Position numbers and translations under genes: made by a program. The notes beneath the pieces are model-generated. The model saw nothing but the letters and a program-made list of their open reading frames with translations, did not search any database and had not been told where the DNA came from. From NCBI GenBank assembly GCA_027306885.1, contig DAHUYV010000135.1, positions 508-64,507 of the forward strand: a stretch of 64,000 nucleotides of DNA, read 5' to 3'. This DNA comes from Candidatus Dormiibacterota bacterium (GTDB lineage Bacteria > Chloroflexota > Dormibacteria > Aeolococcales > Bog-877). Below, piece after piece: positions 1 to 12,041 of the stretch; within the stretch, counting starts at the first letter, position 1; the number at the start of each line of letters is the position of its first letter.

Positions 1-1
1 G

Positions 2-460
2 TTCCGGGACATCACCCCACTTCTAGCGTCGGCTGCCGCCTTCCGCACGGCGTGTGACCGCCTCGCCGAGCGCTTTCAGGCGACCTCGGTGGATGTCGTC
101 GCCACCATCGAATCGCGGGGGTTCACCTTCGGCGCGGTGATCGCCTACCAGCTCGGGCTGGGCGTCGTTCCGGTGCGCAAGGCGGGCAAGCTGCCCTGGG
201 CCACCCTCAGCGCCACGTACTCCTTGGAGTACGGGGAGGCGGTGCTGGAGATGCACAAGGACGCCATCTCGCCCGGTCAGCGGGTGCTGGTGGTGGATGA
301 CCTTCTGGCCACCGGGGGGACGGCGGTCGCGACCCGGGAGCTGATCGAAGCCCTGGGGGGTGAGGTGGTGGCCTACGGCTTCCTCATCGAGCTGCTGGAC
401 CTGGGGGGGCGAGGCCGGCTGGGTGAGGGTGCCCGGGTCGAGGCACTGCTCTCCCTGTGA
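2..460 (+). CDS. apt: adenine phosphoribosyltransferase, 5'-truncated at window edge
   Basis: Frame continuous from position 2; PRTase motif [14 protein letters not shown]; the stop overlaps the next start (GTGA). Confidence 0.85.
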   Translation, partial: FRDITPLLASAAAFRTACDRLAERFQATSVDVVATIESRGFTFGAVIAYQLGLGVVPVRKAGKLPWATLSATYSLEYGEAVLEMHKDAISPGQRVLVVDDLLATGGTAVATRELIEALGGEVVAYGFLIELLDLGGRGRLGEGARVEALLSL

Positions 461-1734
461 GCGGAGGGGAGGGGTTGATCGCCTACGACATCTCGGCGCC
501 CGAGCTTGCGGAGGAGGGGGCCCGGAGGATCGACTGGGCTTCGAGGGAGATGCCGGTGCTCCGCTCGATCCGCAGTCGGTTCGAGGTGACCCGTCCGCTG
601 AAGGGCCTGCGCATCGGCGCCTGCCTGCACGTCACCGCCGAGACCGCCAACCTGATGCTCGCTCTCCGTGCGGGCGGTGCTGAGGTCCACCTCTGCGCCA
701 GCAACCCGCTCTCCACCCAGGACCATGTGGCGGCCGGGCTTGTGGCTGAGGGGATCGCCGTCCACGCCCGCCGTGGCGAGGACAGCGCCACCTACTACCG
801 CCACCTGGAGTCGGTCCTGGCAGCCCGGCCGCACCTGACCATGGACGACGGGGGCGACCTGGTCACCGCTCTCCACTCGCGTCCGTCGGCCGAGATGGGC
901 GATGTGCGGGGGGGAACCGAGGAGACGACCACCGGAGTGGTCCGGCTGCGGGCGATGGCGGCCCAGGGAGTGCTGCGCTACCCGGTGATCTCGGTCAACG
1001 ACGCCCAGACCAAGCATCTCTTCGACAACCGCTACGGGACCGGACAGTCCACCATCGATGGCCTGATTCGGGCCACCAACCTGCTGCTGGCGGGGCGGAC
1101 CATGGTGATCTGCGGCTTCGGATGGTGCGGCAGGGGCCTGGCCGCCCGGGCCAAGGGGATGGGCGCCCAGGTGGTGGTCACCGAGGTGGAGCCGGTCCGG
1201 GCACTGGAGGCGGTGATGGAGGGGTACCGGGTCATGCCCCTGGCGGAGGCCGCTCCCATCGCCGATGTGATCATCACCGTGACCGGCGACTGCAACGTGG
1301 TCGACCGGGAGCACCTCGGGGCGGCCAAGGACGGTTGCGTGATTGCCAACAGCGGGCACTTCAACTCCGAGATCAATCTGGCGGCGCTGGACGAGCTCAC
1401 CGAGGCGGTCCGCGAGGTCCGTCCTGAGGTCGCCGAGCACCGGCTCGCCGACGGCCGCCGGCTGTACCTGCTGGCCGAGGGCCGGCTGCTCAACCTGGCG
1501 GCCGCCGAGGGCCACCCGGCGGCGGTCATGGACATGTCTTTCGCCAACCAGGCGCTCTCGATAGCTCACCTGGCAGCCGCCTCCGGGGAGATGGCTCCCG
1601 GGGTCCACGAGGTGCCCCCCGAGATCGATGCCGAGGTGGCCCGTCTCAAGCTGGAGGCGCTGGGGGTCGCGATCGACACCCTCACCGAGGAGCAGCGGCA
1701 CTACCTGAGCTCCTGGGAGCAGGGCACCGCCTGA
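457..1734 (+). CDS. ahcY: adenosylhomocysteinase (S-adenosyl-L-homocysteine hydrolase)
   Basis: Full-length homology, including the NAD-binding region GFGWCGRG; GTG start. Confidence 0.95.
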   Translation: MSGGEGLIAYDISAPELAEEGARRIDWASREMPVLRSIRSRFEVTRPLKGLRIGACLHVTAETANLMLALRAGGAEVHLCASNPLSTQDHVAAGLVAEGIAVHARRGEDSATYYRHLESVLAARPHLTMDDGGDLVTALHSRPSAEMGDVRGGTEETTTGVVRLRAMAAQGVLRYPVISVNDAQTKHLFDNRYGTGQSTIDGLIRATNLLLAGRTMVICGFGWCGRGLAARAKGMGAQVVVTEVEPVRALEAVMEGYRVMPLAEAAPIADVIITVTGDCNVVDREHLGAAKDGCVIANSGHFNSEINLAALDELTEAVREVRPEVAEHRLADGRRLYLLAEGRLLNLAAAEGHPAAVMDMSFANQALSIAHLAAASGEMAPGVHEVPPEIDAEVARLKLEALGVAIDTLTEEQRHYLSSWEQGTA

Positions 1735-1839
1735 GACCGGCGCCGGGGTCGCGATCGCCCCTAAGATCAGGGGTGTCCCCGGACAGGAGAAGGCCCGTGG
1801 CCGCAAGCGGGTGGCTTCCGGTGGGGACGGGAGGGCACG

Positions 1840-3033
1840 ATGAACCCAGCGAGAGACCGGCGCCTGTTCACCTCGGAGTCGGTGACCGAGGGCCATCCCG
1901 ACAAGATGGCCGACCAGATCTCGGATGCCGTCCTGGACGCGATCCTGGCGAAGGATCCCCTCGCCCGAGTGGCCTGCGAGACCGCCCTCACCACCGGCAC
2001 CGCCATCCTCCTCGGCGAGATCTCCACCGAGTGCTACGTCGATCTTCCCAAAGTGGTGCGCTCGACCATCCGGTCGATCGGCTACACGAGGGCCAAGTAC
2101 GGCTTCGACTGGGAGACCTGCGGGGTGATGGTCTGCATCGATGAGCAGTCCCCGGACATCGCCCTCGGGGTGGACCACGGTGGTGCGGGGGACCAGGGCA
2201 TGATGTTCGGGTACGCCTGTGACGAGACCCCCGAGCTGATGCCGGCGCCGATCCAGTTCGCCCATCAGCTGGCTCGCCAGCTCGCCGCCGCGCGGCGCTC
2301 CGGTGCCCTGCGCTGGGCCCGGCCGGATGGGAAGTCCCAGGTGACGGTGGAGTACGACGAGAGCGGCATGCCTCGGCGGCTGGACACGGTGCTGGTCAGC
2401 GCCCAGCACTCGGAGGAGGTCTCCGCCGAGGAGGTGCGCCAGGGAGTGATCGCCGAGGTCATCACCAAGGCCGTGCCCGAAGGGTTGCTGGACGACGCCA
2501 CCCGGATCCTGGTCAATCCCACCGGCAGGTTTGTGGTCGGGGGGCCCCAGGCGGACGCCGGGCTCACCGGGCGGAAGATCATCGTGGACACCTACGGCGG
2601 CGCTGGCCGCCACGGGGGCGGAGCGTTCTCCGGCAAGGACCCCACCAAGGTGGACCGGGCCGGAGCGTACGGGGCCCGCTTCGTGGCCAAGAACCTGGTG
2701 GCGGCGGGGCTGGCCCGGCGGCTTGAGGTCCAGCTGGCCTACGCCATCGGGGTGCCCCACCCGGTGTGGGTGGGCGTGGAGACCTTCGGGACCGAACGGG
2801 TGCCGAGGGAGCACATAACCGCCCTGGTGGACGAGTACTTCGACCTGTCTCCGGCGGGGATCATCAAGGAGTTGGAGCTGCGCCGACCGATCTATCGCCA
2901 GGTGGCCGCCTATGGCCACTTCGGCCGCAGCGACCTGGACCTCCCCTGGGAGCGCACCCCCTACCGCGACCAGCTGGCCAACGACGCGGGAGTGGAGCCC
3001 GCTTCGCCGTCCTTGGAGGAGGTGTTCCCCTGA
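1840..3033 (+). CDS. metK: S-adenosylmethionine synthetase
   Basis: [20 protein letters not shown]-terminus and [15 protein letters not shown] motif. Confidence 0.95.
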   Translation: MNPARDRRLFTSESVTEGHPDKMADQISDAVLDAILAKDPLARVACETALTTGTAILLGEISTECYVDLPKVVRSTIRSIGYTRAKYGFDWETCGVMVCIDEQSPDIALGVDHGGAGDQGMMFGYACDETPELMPAPIQFAHQLARQLAAARRSGALRWARPDGKSQVTVEYDESGMPRRLDTVLVSAQHSEEVSAEEVRQGVIAEVITKAVPEGLLDDATRILVNPTGRFVVGGPQADAGLTGRKIIVDTYGGAGRHGGGAFSGKDPTKVDRAGAYGARFVAKNLVAAGLARRLEVQLAYAIGVPHPVWVGVETFGTERVPREHITALVDEYFDLSPAGIIKELELRRPIYRQVAAYGHFGRSDLDLPWERTPYRDQLANDAGVEPASPSLEEVFP

Positions 3034-3059
3034 GCGCCTCGCCTTCGGCTCCTCCCGAG

Positions 3060-4139
3060 CTGGTCACGGTCATCCTCGCCGGCGGCGCCGGCACCCGGCT
3101 GTGGCCGCGCTCCCGCCGCCTCCTGCCCAAGCACCTGCTCCCTCTGGCCCCCGACGGACGGACTCTGCTGCGGCACGCCTTCGACCGGGCGGTTCGCCTG
3201 GGTGGCGAGGTGCTGGTGATCTCCGCGGCCGCCCAGCGCCAGCAGATCCTGGCGGAGCTTCCCGAGCTGGCCCCGGAGCGGCTGCTGCTCGAGCCCGAGC
3301 CGCGCGGCACCGGGCCGGCGCTGGCATGGGCGGCGCTGGTGGCCCTGGAGCTGCGCCCGGAGGCGGTGATGGTCTCCCTGCACGCCGATCACCACCTGCC
3401 CCAGGAGGGGGAGACCACCGCCGCCCTGCTGGCGGCCGCCTGGTGGGCCCGGGAGCTACCCGCCCTGGTGGCGGTCGGGGTGCGCCCGACCCGGCCCGCC
3501 ACCGGCTTTGGCTACGTGGAGGAGGGGGAGGAGTTCGCCCGGCCGGCGGGACTGCCGGCCTTCGCCCCCCCGCTTCGGGCGGCCCATGGCTTCCGCGAGA
3601 AGCCGGACTCGGAGACCGCGGCTGCGATGCTCCGACAGGGGCGGCACCTCTGGAACACCGGCCTCTTCGCCTGGCCGGCCCGCCTCCTCCTCTCCGAGAT
3701 GGAAGCCTTCGCCCCCGCGGTCCTGGAGGCGGTTCGAGCCGCCACCGGGGCCGGCCGGGCCGACCCGGCTCGATGGGGGAAGGTCCCATCCGGGGTGGTG
3801 GAGCGGTTGGTGCTCGAGCGGAGCTCGCGCCTGGGAGTCCTGCCCACCAGCCTGGAGTGGTCCGACCTGGGTTCGTTCTGGGATCTCCACCAGGCGGCCA
3901 CCGCGGCTGGTGGCGCCGACTCCGAGGGCAACGTCAGCCGCGGGCCGACCCTGCTGGTGGACTCCTTCGGTTCGCTGGTGGAGTCGGCCGGCGACCGTCT
4001 GATCGTCCTGGTGGGCGCCTCCGGCCTGGCGGTCGTGGACACCCCGGACGCCCTTCTGGTCTGTCCACTGGACCGGGTCCAGGAGCTGGGGGAGGTGGTC
4101 CGGAGGCTGGAGCGAGAGGGAAGGGCAGAGCTGCTCTGA
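3060..4139 (+). CDS. mannose-1-phosphate guanylyltransferase-like nucleotidyltransferase (GDP-mannose pyrophosphorylase); no in-frame ATG/GTG/TTG, so CTG (3060 or 3030) proposed
   Basis: VTVILAGGAGTRLWP nucleotidyltransferase N-terminus. There is no canonical start in frame between the metK stop (3033) and about 3198, so a CTG at 3060 (or 3030) is proposed. Confidence 0.75.
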   Translation: MVTVILAGGAGTRLWPRSRRLLPKHLLPLAPDGRTLLRHAFDRAVRLGGEVLVISAAAQRQQILAELPELAPERLLLEPEPRGTGPALAWAALVALELRPEAVMVSLHADHHLPQEGETTAALLAAAWWARELPALVAVGVRPTRPATGFGYVEEGEEFARPAGLPAFAPPLRAAHGFREKPDSETAAAMLRQGRHLWNTGLFAWPARLLLSEMEAFAPAVLEAVRAATGAGRADPARWGKVPSGVVERLVLERSSRLGVLPTSLEWSDLGSFWDLHQAATAAGGADSEGNVSRGPTLLVDSFGSLVESAGDRLIVLVGASGLAVVDTPDALLVCPLDRVQELGEVVRRLEREGRAELL

Positions 4140-4196
4140 GCCGGCTGGATCGGCGACAAGCCGGGGCGATGCCCATACAATTGCCCCGGCCCACGG

Positions 4197-5669
4197 TTGC
4201 AGGGAGGAAGGCTGTTGGCGGCCCCAGGGATCAGCTTCGGGACTGACGGCTGGCGCGGCATCGTCGCCGACGACTTCACCTACGCCAACGTCCGGGTGGT
4301 GAGCCAGGCGGTGGCCCAGTATCTGGCCGGCCGGCCGCGGGAGGGCCGGGTGGTCGTGGGTCACGACACCCGCTACTGCGGGGAGCTCTTCGCCCGGGAG
4401 GTCGCCCGGGTGCTGGCCGCCAACGCCCGTCCCGTCCTGCTGCTGGACCGGCCCTGCCCCACCCAGGCAGCGGCCTGGATGGTGGTGGCCCGGGGAGCGC
4501 TGGGCGGGGTGGTGGTCACCGCCAGCCACAATCCACCCGAGTTCAACGGCCTCAAGTACAAGCCCGACTACGGGGGCTCGGCCTCACCCGAGATCGTCTC
4601 CGCGCTGGAGGAGGAGGTGGGCCGGGTGCTGGTCTCCGACGCGGTCCGGCAGATGCCGATCGATGAGGCCATCCAACAGGGGCTGGTGGAGCTGGCGGAT
4701 CCCCGTCCGGAGTACGGGGCGCAGATCGGAAGGCTGGTGGACCTCGCGGCGATCCGGCGGGCCGGTCTGCGGATCCTCCACGATGCCATGTACGGCGCGG
4801 GGGCCGGGTACATCGCGGACCTCGCCGGCGGTGGCGCCTCGGAGGTGGCTGAGCTCCATTGCGAGCGCAACCCGGGGTTCGGGGGGCTGCACCCGGAGCC
4901 GATCCCGCCCAACGTTGACGAGGCGATGGCCCGGCTGCGCGGCGGCGGGTTCGACCTGGGGATCGCCAACGACGGGGACGCCGACCGAGTGGGCATCTTC
5001 GACGGGGAGGGTGCCTTCGTCGATCAGCTCGAGGTGGCCACCATGCTGCTCTGGCACCTCTGCGAGAACCGGGGCTGGCGCGGCCCGGTTGTCCGCTCGA
5101 TCACCACCACCGGGCGGCTGGACATCCTGGGCCGGCACTACGGGTGCGAGGTGGAGGAGCTTCCGGTGGGCTTCAAGTACCTGGGTCCGCGGATGCGGGA
5201 GCGTGACGCCATCCTCGGCGCGGAGGAGTCCGGCGGCTTCGCCTTCCGCGGCCACATCCCGGAGCGGGACGGGATCCTCAGCGGGCTGATGTTCGCCGAG
5301 ATGGTGGCGCTGACCGGGCGGCCCCTGGTCCAGCTGCGGCGCGAGGTCGCCGAGCTGGTGGGGCCCCACGCCTACGCCCGCCGGGATCACCACTTCCCCC
5401 GCGAGGACTACCCGCAGGTCCGGGAGCGGATGTCCCACCGGATGAAGTCGCAGCCGCTGGAGCGGGTGGGGGCGCTGAAGGTGGCGAGGGTGCGCTCCGA
5501 CGACGGCTACAAGTACTGGCTGGAGGACGGCTCCTGGGTGCTGGTGCGGATGTCCGGCACCGAGCCGTTGATGCGGGTGTACTGCGAGTCCAGCAGCCGC
5601 GAGCGGGTGCAGGAGCTGCTCGACGCCTTCGAGGGTGAGCTCGGGGTGGTGGGGGACCACGGTGCCTGA
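4197..5669 (+). CDS. phosphomannomutase/phosphoglucomutase (alpha-D-phosphohexomutase family)
   Basis: Active-site TASHNPPEFNG and metal-binding GIANDGDADR motifs. Confidence 0.9.
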   Translation: MQGGRLLAAPGISFGTDGWRGIVADDFTYANVRVVSQAVAQYLAGRPREGRVVVGHDTRYCGELFAREVARVLAANARPVLLLDRPCPTQAAAWMVVARGALGGVVVTASHNPPEFNGLKYKPDYGGSASPEIVSALEEEVGRVLVSDAVRQMPIDEAIQQGLVELADPRPEYGAQIGRLVDLAAIRRAGLRILHDAMYGAGAGYIADLAGGGASEVAELHCERNPGFGGLHPEPIPPNVDEAMARLRGGGFDLGIANDGDADRVGIFDGEGAFVDQLEVATMLLWHLCENRGWRGPVVRSITTTGRLDILGRHYGCEVEELPVGFKYLGPRMRERDAILGAEESGGFAFRGHIPERDGILSGLMFAEMVALTGRPLVQLRREVAELVGPHAYARRDHHFPREDYPQVRERMSHRMKSQPLERVGALKVARVRSDDGYKYWLEDGSWVLVRMSGTEPLMRVYCESSSRERVQELLDAFEGELGVVGDHGA

Positions 5670-6048
5670 CCCCTTCGGCGGGCAGGTGCCCGCGCGCCGG
5701 GTGGAGAAGCCCTGGGGCTCCGAGATCTGGTTCGTGGTCACCGAACGGTACGCTGGCAAGATCCTCCACATCGAGGCCGGGGAGGAACTGAGTCTGCAAT
5801 ACCACGAGCGCAAGGACGAGGCGGTCTGGGTGCTGTCCGGGGAGCTGGAGCTGGAGCTGGAGGCGGGCGACGGGAAGCTGGAGTCCCACCGCCTCGGGCC
5901 GGGTGAGGGCCGCCGAATCCCGCCCGGCCGCCGCCATCGGATGCGCGCTCTCAGCACCGTCGAGATCTGCGAGGTCTCGACGCCGGACCTGGACGACGTG
6001 GTCCGGCTCGAGGACCGGTATGGACGGGCGGGCACCAGCGACGGGTGA
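5662..6048 (+). CDS. cupin-domain protein, type II mannose-6-phosphate isomerase-like (stand-alone ManC C-terminal-type cupin)
   Basis: KPWGSEIWF...LSLQYHERKDEAVWVLSGELE cupin motifs. The GTG start at 5662 overlaps the end of the phosphomannomutase gene by 8 nt. Confidence 0.7.
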   Translation: MPDPFGGQVPARRVEKPWGSEIWFVVTERYAGKILHIEAGEELSLQYHERKDEAVWVLSGELELELEAGDGKLESHRLGPGEGRRIPPGRRHRMRALSTVEICEVSTPDLDDVVRLEDRYGRAGTSDG

Positions 6049-6111
6049 GGCCGGGGCTGGCGCTTCTTCACAGTTTCCACAGGTGATCGTGGATAACCTC
6101 AGGCCGACCTC

Positions 6112-6957
6112 ATGGTGAGCCAGCGGCCCTCGGGCCCGGCAGCTTTCCGACTCCAGGCCGCCATCATTTCGGGTTCGGAGCCCCGGATCCCGGAGCCGCC
6201 GGAGGGGATGCGCCCGGCGCTGCAGGCGCTCTTCGGGGTGGGGACGGCGCTGGTGGTGGCCACCACCGGGATGGGCATCCTGCCGCTCTGGGCCAGCGCC
6301 GCTTTGGACCTGGGCGCCGCCTGCTGCTACCTGATCGGCCTGCGCTCCGCGCTGCCACACCCGCCGGGCGCCCTCGGCGTCCGGCACTGGCTCTCGGCGG
6401 CGCTGCTGGGGGCGGCGGCGGCTCCGCTGACGGCCCTGCTGGCGGTGGCCCTGGCGCTGGTCGTCGATCCAGTCCTCCCCTGGAACTTCCTGCTGCCCTT
6501 CTGGCTGGCCCTGGTTCTGGGGATCTCACCCTGGCTGGATTCCTCTCTTCGCCGGGGCGGCGGCCCGGAGTGGGGCCCGACCGGGCTCTCGCTGCTGCTG
6601 GTCACCATCCCCGCCCCGCTGTTTGTCCTGGCCCTCGCGCCCGCCCACCCTGCCGTCCTGGTCGGGGTCGGAGTGGGAGCCGGGGCGGCGGCTCCGGCCT
6701 GGAGGCTGATGCGGCTGGCCGGAGTCCAGCCCCGGCCGGCCACGCTGAGGGCGCTGGTGGTGACGGCGGCGGTGGCGGCCTCGGGGGCGGTCACCGTCCG
6801 CAGCGGCGCTTCCGGCGCGGTCCTGCCCGCCGCCATGCTGCTGGGCTGGTATGGGCTGACCGGAGTCTGTGCCGAGGCCGGCTCTCGCCCTCGTACGCCG
6901 TCCGCCGGCTTCGTGGTGCTGGCGGCGGCGTTGCTTGCGCTCACGGCGCCGGCCTGA
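6112..6957 (+). CDS. hypothetical polytopic membrane protein
   Basis: 281 aa with at least 5 hydrophobic segments and coding-like GC3; no recognisable family. Confidence 0.45.
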   Translation: MVSQRPSGPAAFRLQAAIISGSEPRIPEPPEGMRPALQALFGVGTALVVATTGMGILPLWASAALDLGAACCYLIGLRSALPHPPGALGVRHWLSAALLGAAAAPLTALLAVALALVVDPVLPWNFLLPFWLALVLGISPWLDSSLRRGGGPEWGPTGLSLLLVTIPAPLFVLALAPAHPAVLVGVGVGAGAAAPAWRLMRLAGVQPRPATLRALVVTAAVAASGAVTVRSGASGAVLPAAMLLGWYGLTGVCAEAGSRPRTPSAGFVVLAAALLALTAPA

Positions 6958-7115
6958 GCGGTTACCTTTCTCTCCGATGGATGCGGTTCGCCTGGGCCGT
7001 TGGTGGGACTCCAACGGGCTTCCCCCTCCCCCTAGCTCCCGACGCTGAAGCCGGGTATTCCCGGGTCCATATGTCGAGTTGATCTGCGGCCCGAGGGGCC
7101 GAGGAGGTTAGGGAG

Positions 7116-8446
<1,331 letters not shown>

Positions 8447-8450
<4 letters not shown>

Positions 8451-9964
8451 TGGAGCACCGGGAGAACGGCGAGCCCCGTACCTACGGCAACCTGATCGCC
8501 GGAGAGTGGCGGGCGGCTCGGGGTGGGGGCACCTTCGACTCGCTCAACCCGGCCCGCCGCAGCGAGGTGCTGGGCCACTTCGCCAGGAGTGGCGAGCTGG
8601 ACGTGGAGGACGCGGTCTCGGCGGCGGTGGCCGCCCAACCGGGATGGCAGCGCACCCCGATGCCGCTGCGCGCCGAGGTGATCGCCAGGGCCGGGCGGCT
8701 GATGGAGGAGCGCAAGGAGGAGCTGGCTCGGCTGATGACCCGGGAGATGGGCAAGGTGCTGACCGAGGCGAGGGGCGATGTCCAAGAGGGCATCGACATG
8801 GCCAAGTACATGGCGGGGCAGGGGCGGATGCCGGTGGGGGAGGTGGTCCCCAGCGAGCTGCGTGACAAGCGCTGCTTCACAGAGCGGGTCCCGATCGGAG
8901 TGGTGGGCTGCATCACCCCCTGGAACTTCCCCATGGCGATCCCCTGCTGGAAGCTGATGCCCGCCCTCCTGGCCGGCAACGCGGTGGTGCTCAAGCCCGC
9001 CGAGGACACCCCCTTGGTGGCCATCCGCCTGGCCGAGATTCTCACCGAGGCCGGACTTCCCGAGGGGGTCCTGAACCTGGTGACCGGGCTGGGTGAGGAG
9101 GCCGGCGCACCACTGGTCGCGCACCCTCGGGTGCGGGCGATCTCCTTCACCGGGTCGATGGAGGTGGGGAACCAGATCGCCGCCACCTGCGGCAAGCTGG
9201 GCAAGCGGGTGTCCCTGGAGCTCGGGGGCAAGAACGCCATCGTGGTCGGCGCGGACGCGGACCTGGAGCTGGCGGTGGACGGCGCCCTCTGGGGGGGCTT
9301 TGGCACCACCGGTCAGCGCTGCACCGCCACCTCGCGGCTGATCGTGGACCAGAGCGTCCTGGGGGACTTCCAGGAGCGGCTGCTGGGGAGGGTTGCCCGG
9401 CTTCGGCTGGGCGACGGCCTCGACCCCGCGACGGACGTGGGGCCGGTGATCAACGCCAAGCAGCTCCGCCGGGTCCACTCCTACACCGAGATCGGCAGGC
9501 AGGCGTCGGCGCGGCTGCTGGTGGGGGGGAAGGTGGCTGACGAGGGGGAGCTGGGGGAGGGCAACTTCTACTGGCCAACGATCTTCACCGACGTCCGCCC
9601 GGAGATGCGGATCGCTCAGGAGGAGATCTTCGGCCCAACCCTCTCGGTCCTCCCCGCCCAGGACCTGGCGGACGCCGTTCGCATCGCCAACGGCACCCGA
9701 TACGGGCTGTCCCTCTCCGTCTACACCAAGGACATCTCCCGGGCGCTGTGGGCGGTTGACCGCCTCGAGGCGGGCATCGTCTACGTCAACGCTCCCACCA
9801 TCGGCGCCGAGATCCAGCTCCCCTTCGGTGGTGTCAAGGGAACGGGCAACGGCCACCGGGAGGCCGGGTCCACCGCCTTCGACGAGTTCACCGAGTGGAA
9901 GACGGTTTACATCGACTACTCCGGCCGACTCCAGCGAGCCCAGATCGACACCGAGCAGGGCTGA
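8447..9964 (+). CDS. NAD(P)-dependent aldehyde dehydrogenase
   Basis: ALDH family motifs (FTGSMEVG, ELGGKNA, catalytic Cys region GQRCTA); ATGA overlap with the aminotransferase. Confidence 0.9.
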
Positions 9965-9967
9965 GCC

Positions 9968-11182
9968 TTGATCGACCTTGACCTGACCGCAGAGCAGCGC
10001 CAGTTCCAGGAGATGCTGCGGGAGTTCGGCGCCCGCGAGCTGGCCCCGGAGGTGGCGCGCCGAGACCGGGACTCCGACCCCGACCCTGAGCTGTTCGCCA
10101 AGCTGGCGCAGCTGGGGCTGCCCGGGGTCTGCGTCCCCCAGCGCTATGGGGGAGCCGGTCTGGACTGGCTCGCCCTGGGGATCGCCTGCGAGGAGCTTGA
10201 GTACGTCGACGCCTCCTGCCGCACCGCCCTCTCCGTCCATGCCGGGCTCTGCCTCACCGGCATCTATCAGTGGGGGACCGAGGATCAGCGTCAGCGACTG
10301 CTGCGTCCTCTGGCGGAGGGAACCCGCCAGGGCTGCTTTGCGCTGACCGAGCCCGACGCCGGCAGCGATGTCCGCGCCCTTCGCACCAGGGCCCACAAGG
10401 AGGGCGACCTGTACCGTCTGCGCGGCCAGAAGGTGTGGATCTCCATGGGGGATCGGGCCGACCTGCTCTTGGTGTTCGCCACCGTCGATCCCGAGCTGGG
10501 GACCCGGGGGATCACCGCCTTTGCCGTGGACCGCGATCTGGCGGGCCCGGGGCTCCGCAGCGAGCCGATCAAGCACAAGTACGGGCTGCGGGCCAGCGAC
10601 ACCGCCGTCGTGTACCTCGATGACGCTATGGTGCCGGCCGCCAACCGGATCGGCGAGGAGGGGGAGGGGTTCAAGGTCGCGATGAGCTGCCTGGACAGCG
10701 GGAGATACTGCGTCGCCAGCGGGGCGGCGGGGACCATCAGGGCCTGCCTCGACATGAGTGTCGCCTACGCGCACCAACGCCAGGTGCAGGGCCAGGAGAT
10801 CGGCCGCTTCCAGCTGGTCCAGCAGATGATCGCTGGAATGGCCCGTGACTACGACATAGCGCGGCTGCTCTGGATGCGGGCCGGCTGGGCCAAGAACCAG
10901 GGTCGGCGCAGCTCAAGGGAGTCCGCGCTGGCCAAGTGGGTGAACTCGGAGCGGGCCAACCGCTGCGCCGACGACGCCCTGCAGGTCCAGGGGGCGACCG
11001 GCTTCAGCGAGGAGAGTCCGGCGGCGCGCTACCTGCGCAACAGCCGCGCCACCCTGATCTACGAGGGGACCCGGGAGGTCCAGACGCAGCTGGCGGCGGA
11101 GTACGCGCTCGGGTACCGGGAGGATCGGCCGGTGCGCTGCCCGCTGCCGGCCTGGCCTGACGAGGGTCCGGCCTCCCCTTGA
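9968..11182 (+). CDS. acyl-CoA dehydrogenase
   Basis: ACAD motifs (CFALTEPDAGSD; YEGTREVQ); TTG start. Confidence 0.9.
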   Translation: MIDLDLTAEQRQFQEMLREFGARELAPEVARRDRDSDPDPELFAKLAQLGLPGVCVPQRYGGAGLDWLALGIACEELEYVDASCRTALSVHAGLCLTGIYQWGTEDQRQRLLRPLAEGTRQGCFALTEPDAGSDVRALRTRAHKEGDLYRLRGQKVWISMGDRADLLLVFATVDPELGTRGITAFAVDRDLAGPGLRSEPIKHKYGLRASDTAVVYLDDAMVPAANRIGEEGEGFKVAMSCLDSGRYCVASGAAGTIRACLDMSVAYAHQRQVQGQEIGRFQLVQQMIAGMARDYDIARLLWMRAGWAKNQGRRSSRESALAKWVNSERANRCADDALQVQGATGFSEESPAARYLRNSRATLIYEGTREVQTQLAAEYALGYREDRPVRCPLPAWPDEGPASP

Positions 11183-12033
11183 GCTTCCCCATGGCGCCCC
11201 ACCCCGAGGCGCTGGCGGCGGGCTGGGAGGAGCGGTCGTGGGAGCGCCCCCAGGGGCCCTTCCGCTATGTGGTGGCCGGGTCGGGGCCCACCCTGGTCCT
11301 CTGCCACGGCTTCATCGGTTCGGCGGAGAACTTTGAGAGCTGGGTGGCCCGGCTCTCCCGGCGGCGCCGGCTGGTGATCCCTGACCTTCCCGGCTTCGGC
11401 GGGTCCGCCCCGCTCCCCGGCCCCCACCGCAGCCGGGACCTCGGGGTGGAGGTGCGGGCACTTCTCGACCACCTGGGGGTCGTGGACTTTGAGGTCGGCG
11501 GGCTGTGCCTGGGGTCCACCGTGGCGCTGGAGGTGGCCGCCGGAGACCCCTCGCGGGTGCGTGGCCTTCTGCTCCACACTCCACTGCTCGCCCCCCAGCT
11601 GGTCACCACGTCGTTCCGCGCCCAGGTGGCGGTGTTCACCGCGCCCGGGGTGTTCGCCGCGGTCAAGGGGATCGGCCGCTGGCGGCGGCTGGCGGACCTC
11701 TACCGGAGGGTCATGGTGGAGGGGACGGGCGAGGTTGACCGGCGCTCGGCGGAGGTCAACTTCGCCAACCAGCTCAGGGCCGACCCGCGGGCGGCGCGCG
11801 AGTGGCTCCGGGACGGGGTGGCGACTGATTTCCGCCGGCTGCTGGCGGGGCTCCGCCCGCCGGCGGCGGTCCTGGCGGCGGCCGACGACCGGCTGCTGCG
11901 GGTGGACCGCCTCTCGGCCTTCTGCGCCGGGCTGGAGCGGGTGAGCCTCAGACTGCTTCCGGCGGCCGGCCACGGTTGGAGCCCGGAGTTCATGCTCCGC
12001 CAGGTCGAGGTGCTGGAGGAGGTGCTGGGCTGA
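11179..12033 (+). CDS. alpha/beta-fold hydrolase
   Basis: LVLCHGFIGS...nucleophile-elbow-like GLCLGS; the stop/start of the ACAD gene overlaps this start (TTGA). Confidence 0.75.
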   Translation: MSFPMAPHPEALAAGWEERSWERPQGPFRYVVAGSGPTLVLCHGFIGSAENFESWVARLSRRRRLVIPDLPGFGGSAPLPGPHRSRDLGVEVRALLDHLGVVDFEVGGLCLGSTVALEVAAGDPSRVRGLLLHTPLLAPQLVTTSFRAQVAVFTAPGVFAAVKGIGRWRRLADLYRRVMVEGTGEVDRRSAEVNFANQLRADPRAAREWLRDGVATDFRRLLAGLRPPAAVLAAADDRLLRVDRLSAFCAGLERVSLRLLPAAGHGWSPEFMLRQVEVLEEVLG

Positions 12034-12041
12034 GCTCGCCG

